Assembly: GCF_009914755.1 (NCBI RefSeq)
Contig: NC_060933.1
Source of the DNA: the human T2T-CHM13v2.0 reference genome, Homo sapiens
Length of the DNA stretch: 64,000 nt
Strand: one strand, 5' to 3'
Part shown: one piece after another, positions 59,801 through 64,000 of the stretch
Position numbering within the stretch: position 1 is the first letter of the stretch
Layout of the letters: every line of letters begins with the position of its first letter
Position numbers and translations under genes: made by a program
Notes under the pieces: generated by a model
The model's input: the letters and a program-made list of their open reading frames with translations, nothing else
Database searches by the model: none
Told to the model about the DNA's origin: nothing

Positions 59801-60450
59801 TGAGAACCTGACATCTTTGAGTTCATGTACAAAATAAGCTCACATATTTTGAGGCAAGAATTTTAAATATAAATAGAACAGAAGAAATGACGATTATGTC
59901 TAGAAACAAAATTTCAGCATTAGAAAGAAATTTCAACATTAATAATCTAATATTTATCTTTAAGAAAATGACCATGACCTCATAAAAATACAGAGACAAG
60001 TAATCTAAGAAGTACATGTAAAGTTATGGGAGTCAGACAAAAAATATTTATAATTAAGCCTTTCCAAGAAAAGACAACATAAGTCCTTAACAAATAAAAT
60101 ATATTTGTCAGCCCTCTTTGGAATACCTTTTATATATTTATCTGTTTATGCTTATTTGTTTTTTTACCCAGGGACCTTATCTGGCCCTCACCTACATTTC
60201 TAGCTACATACTTCACCCTTTTCTGTCCATACCCATGTTGCCTCCATCCCCCTTTCCACATACTGTGTTCCATTCTCTATGTATTTACACAATTATTTCA
60301 AGCTCTTTCACACCTAAGTGCAACAGTACATGCTACTTCCTCTGCATGATAACATTTCTCCTTCTTCTCTGGTAAAATCTCAGAAGAGATGGGCAAAGTG
60401 TCATATCCTCTGCAAAGCTTTCCAATACTGTCATTAAAACAGTAAAAACA

Positions 60451-60782
<332 letters not shown>

Positions 60783-61081
60783 TTATTCCCTCTTCTATGC
60801 TACCCAGACCTTTACTTCTGCTACAGTGGTCTTTCTTTTATGCTATAACCATTTGTTAGTTTCTGAAATCTTCTCAATGGCAGGACCGTGGCTCACTGTT
60901 CTCTTTATGAAGTCCAATGCCATGTTAATTTAAAATAGTAGGCAGCAATAAACTGCTGAATGAACTAATTAATTAAAATTTTAAAAGAACAGTAAAAATA
61001 AAAGTCCAAGTATTCAAACTAAAAGAAATGAACTTTATATATTATTTCATCCCCCAAACCACAACTCCAAATACTTTTGGT

Positions 61082-61395
61082 ATAATATCAGATAATCCTT
61101 TTGTTGTTGTTCTTTGAGACAGGGTCTCCCTCTGTCACCCAGGCTGGAGTGCAGTGATGCAATCCGGGCTCACTGAAGCCTCCACCTCCTAGGCTTAAGT
61201 GATCCTCCCACCTCAGCCTCCCAAGTAGCTGGGAGTACAAGCATGCACCACCATGCCCAGACTTTTTTTTTTTTTAGTAGAGGCGGGATTTTGCCACTTT
61301 GCCCAGGATGGTCTGGAACTCCTGAGCTCAAGTGATCCACACGCCTTGGCCTCCCAAACTGCTGAGATTATAGGCATAAGCTACTGCACCTGGCC
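61082..61395 (-). mobile_element. Alu (AluJ-like)
   Basis: Antisense Alu; TSD tcagataatccttt / tcagatcatctttt. Confidence 0.92.
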
Positions 61396-61930
61396 TCAGA
61401 TCATCTTTTAGGGGAAACCAGGGGAAAAAAGATCGAATAAAATATACTGCAGAGGTCACTGGGTTGAGTAAGACAAAAAAGCATATCAGTATACATTATT
61501 CTCTGATAATCAACTGACACGAGATTACCGTCGATGACTAAACTTCTTTGAAAGAGCACTAATTCTTTCTCTCTGGTTCAGAAACAATAAATAACTTTAT
61601 TCTAAATATTTTCCCCCTATAAAAATTTTACCCTGGGTAGATAGTGAGTTATAATTATGCAATAATGTTGCCTAAGATGTTATCACTATTCTTGTCTGTA
61701 TGTTTGCCCCAATTCTGTACTACAAACTCATATTCAATTTTTAAGAACAAATTTTAAAGTAATTGCAAATATTGGGTGATGATTTTTAGAGTATATGCTA
61801 AAACACTTTGGAGTAATGTTTCTGTATTTAGCAGGAAATTCAGTTTGCAGCATATATGGAAAAACCCCGACTCAATTCAAAAAAATCAGAAGCAAAATTC
61901 TAATACTCCCTCAGAGGAATGTCAGCATAG

Positions 61931-62712
<782 letters not shown>

Positions 62713-62739
62713 TAAATCCTACAGCCACTTATTACATGT

Positions 62740-63963
<1,224 letters not shown>

Positions 63964-64000
63964 CTCTGAGCCTAAAACTCCTTATTTGTAAAATGTCAGT

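Overview
AT-rich primate DNA, almost certainly human 9q31.1 (recognised from the OR13C proteins), carrying part of an olfactory receptor (OR) family 13 cluster. It has three intact minus-strand OR ORFs (OR13C5, OR13C2, OR13C9) and two plus-strand OR pseudogenes, one broken by a single +1 A and one heavily decayed and Alu-interrupted. These sit among Alu, L1, MaLR/ERV LTR and DNA-transposon relics. I see no new class of biological system; the most interesting signal is the cluster's rearrangement history. (1) OR13C2 is a mosaic: its 5' flank and codons 1-238 are OR13C5-type, while codons ~243-318 and its 3' flank are OR13C9-type, as expected from an unequal crossover inside the KAFSTC motif. 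(2) A paralogous ~570 bp block with a splice donor and O/E and homeodomain motifs lies upstream of OR13C2 and OR13C9, but I cannot find it upstream of OR13C5. (3) OR13C5 has also lost its canonical splice acceptor and several conserved residues, so it may be a pseudogene with an intact ORF. Several probable template-switch or deletion scars are also visible. All alignments were done by eye; repeat subfamily names and pseudogene symbols come from memory and need RepeatMasker/BLAT confirmation.
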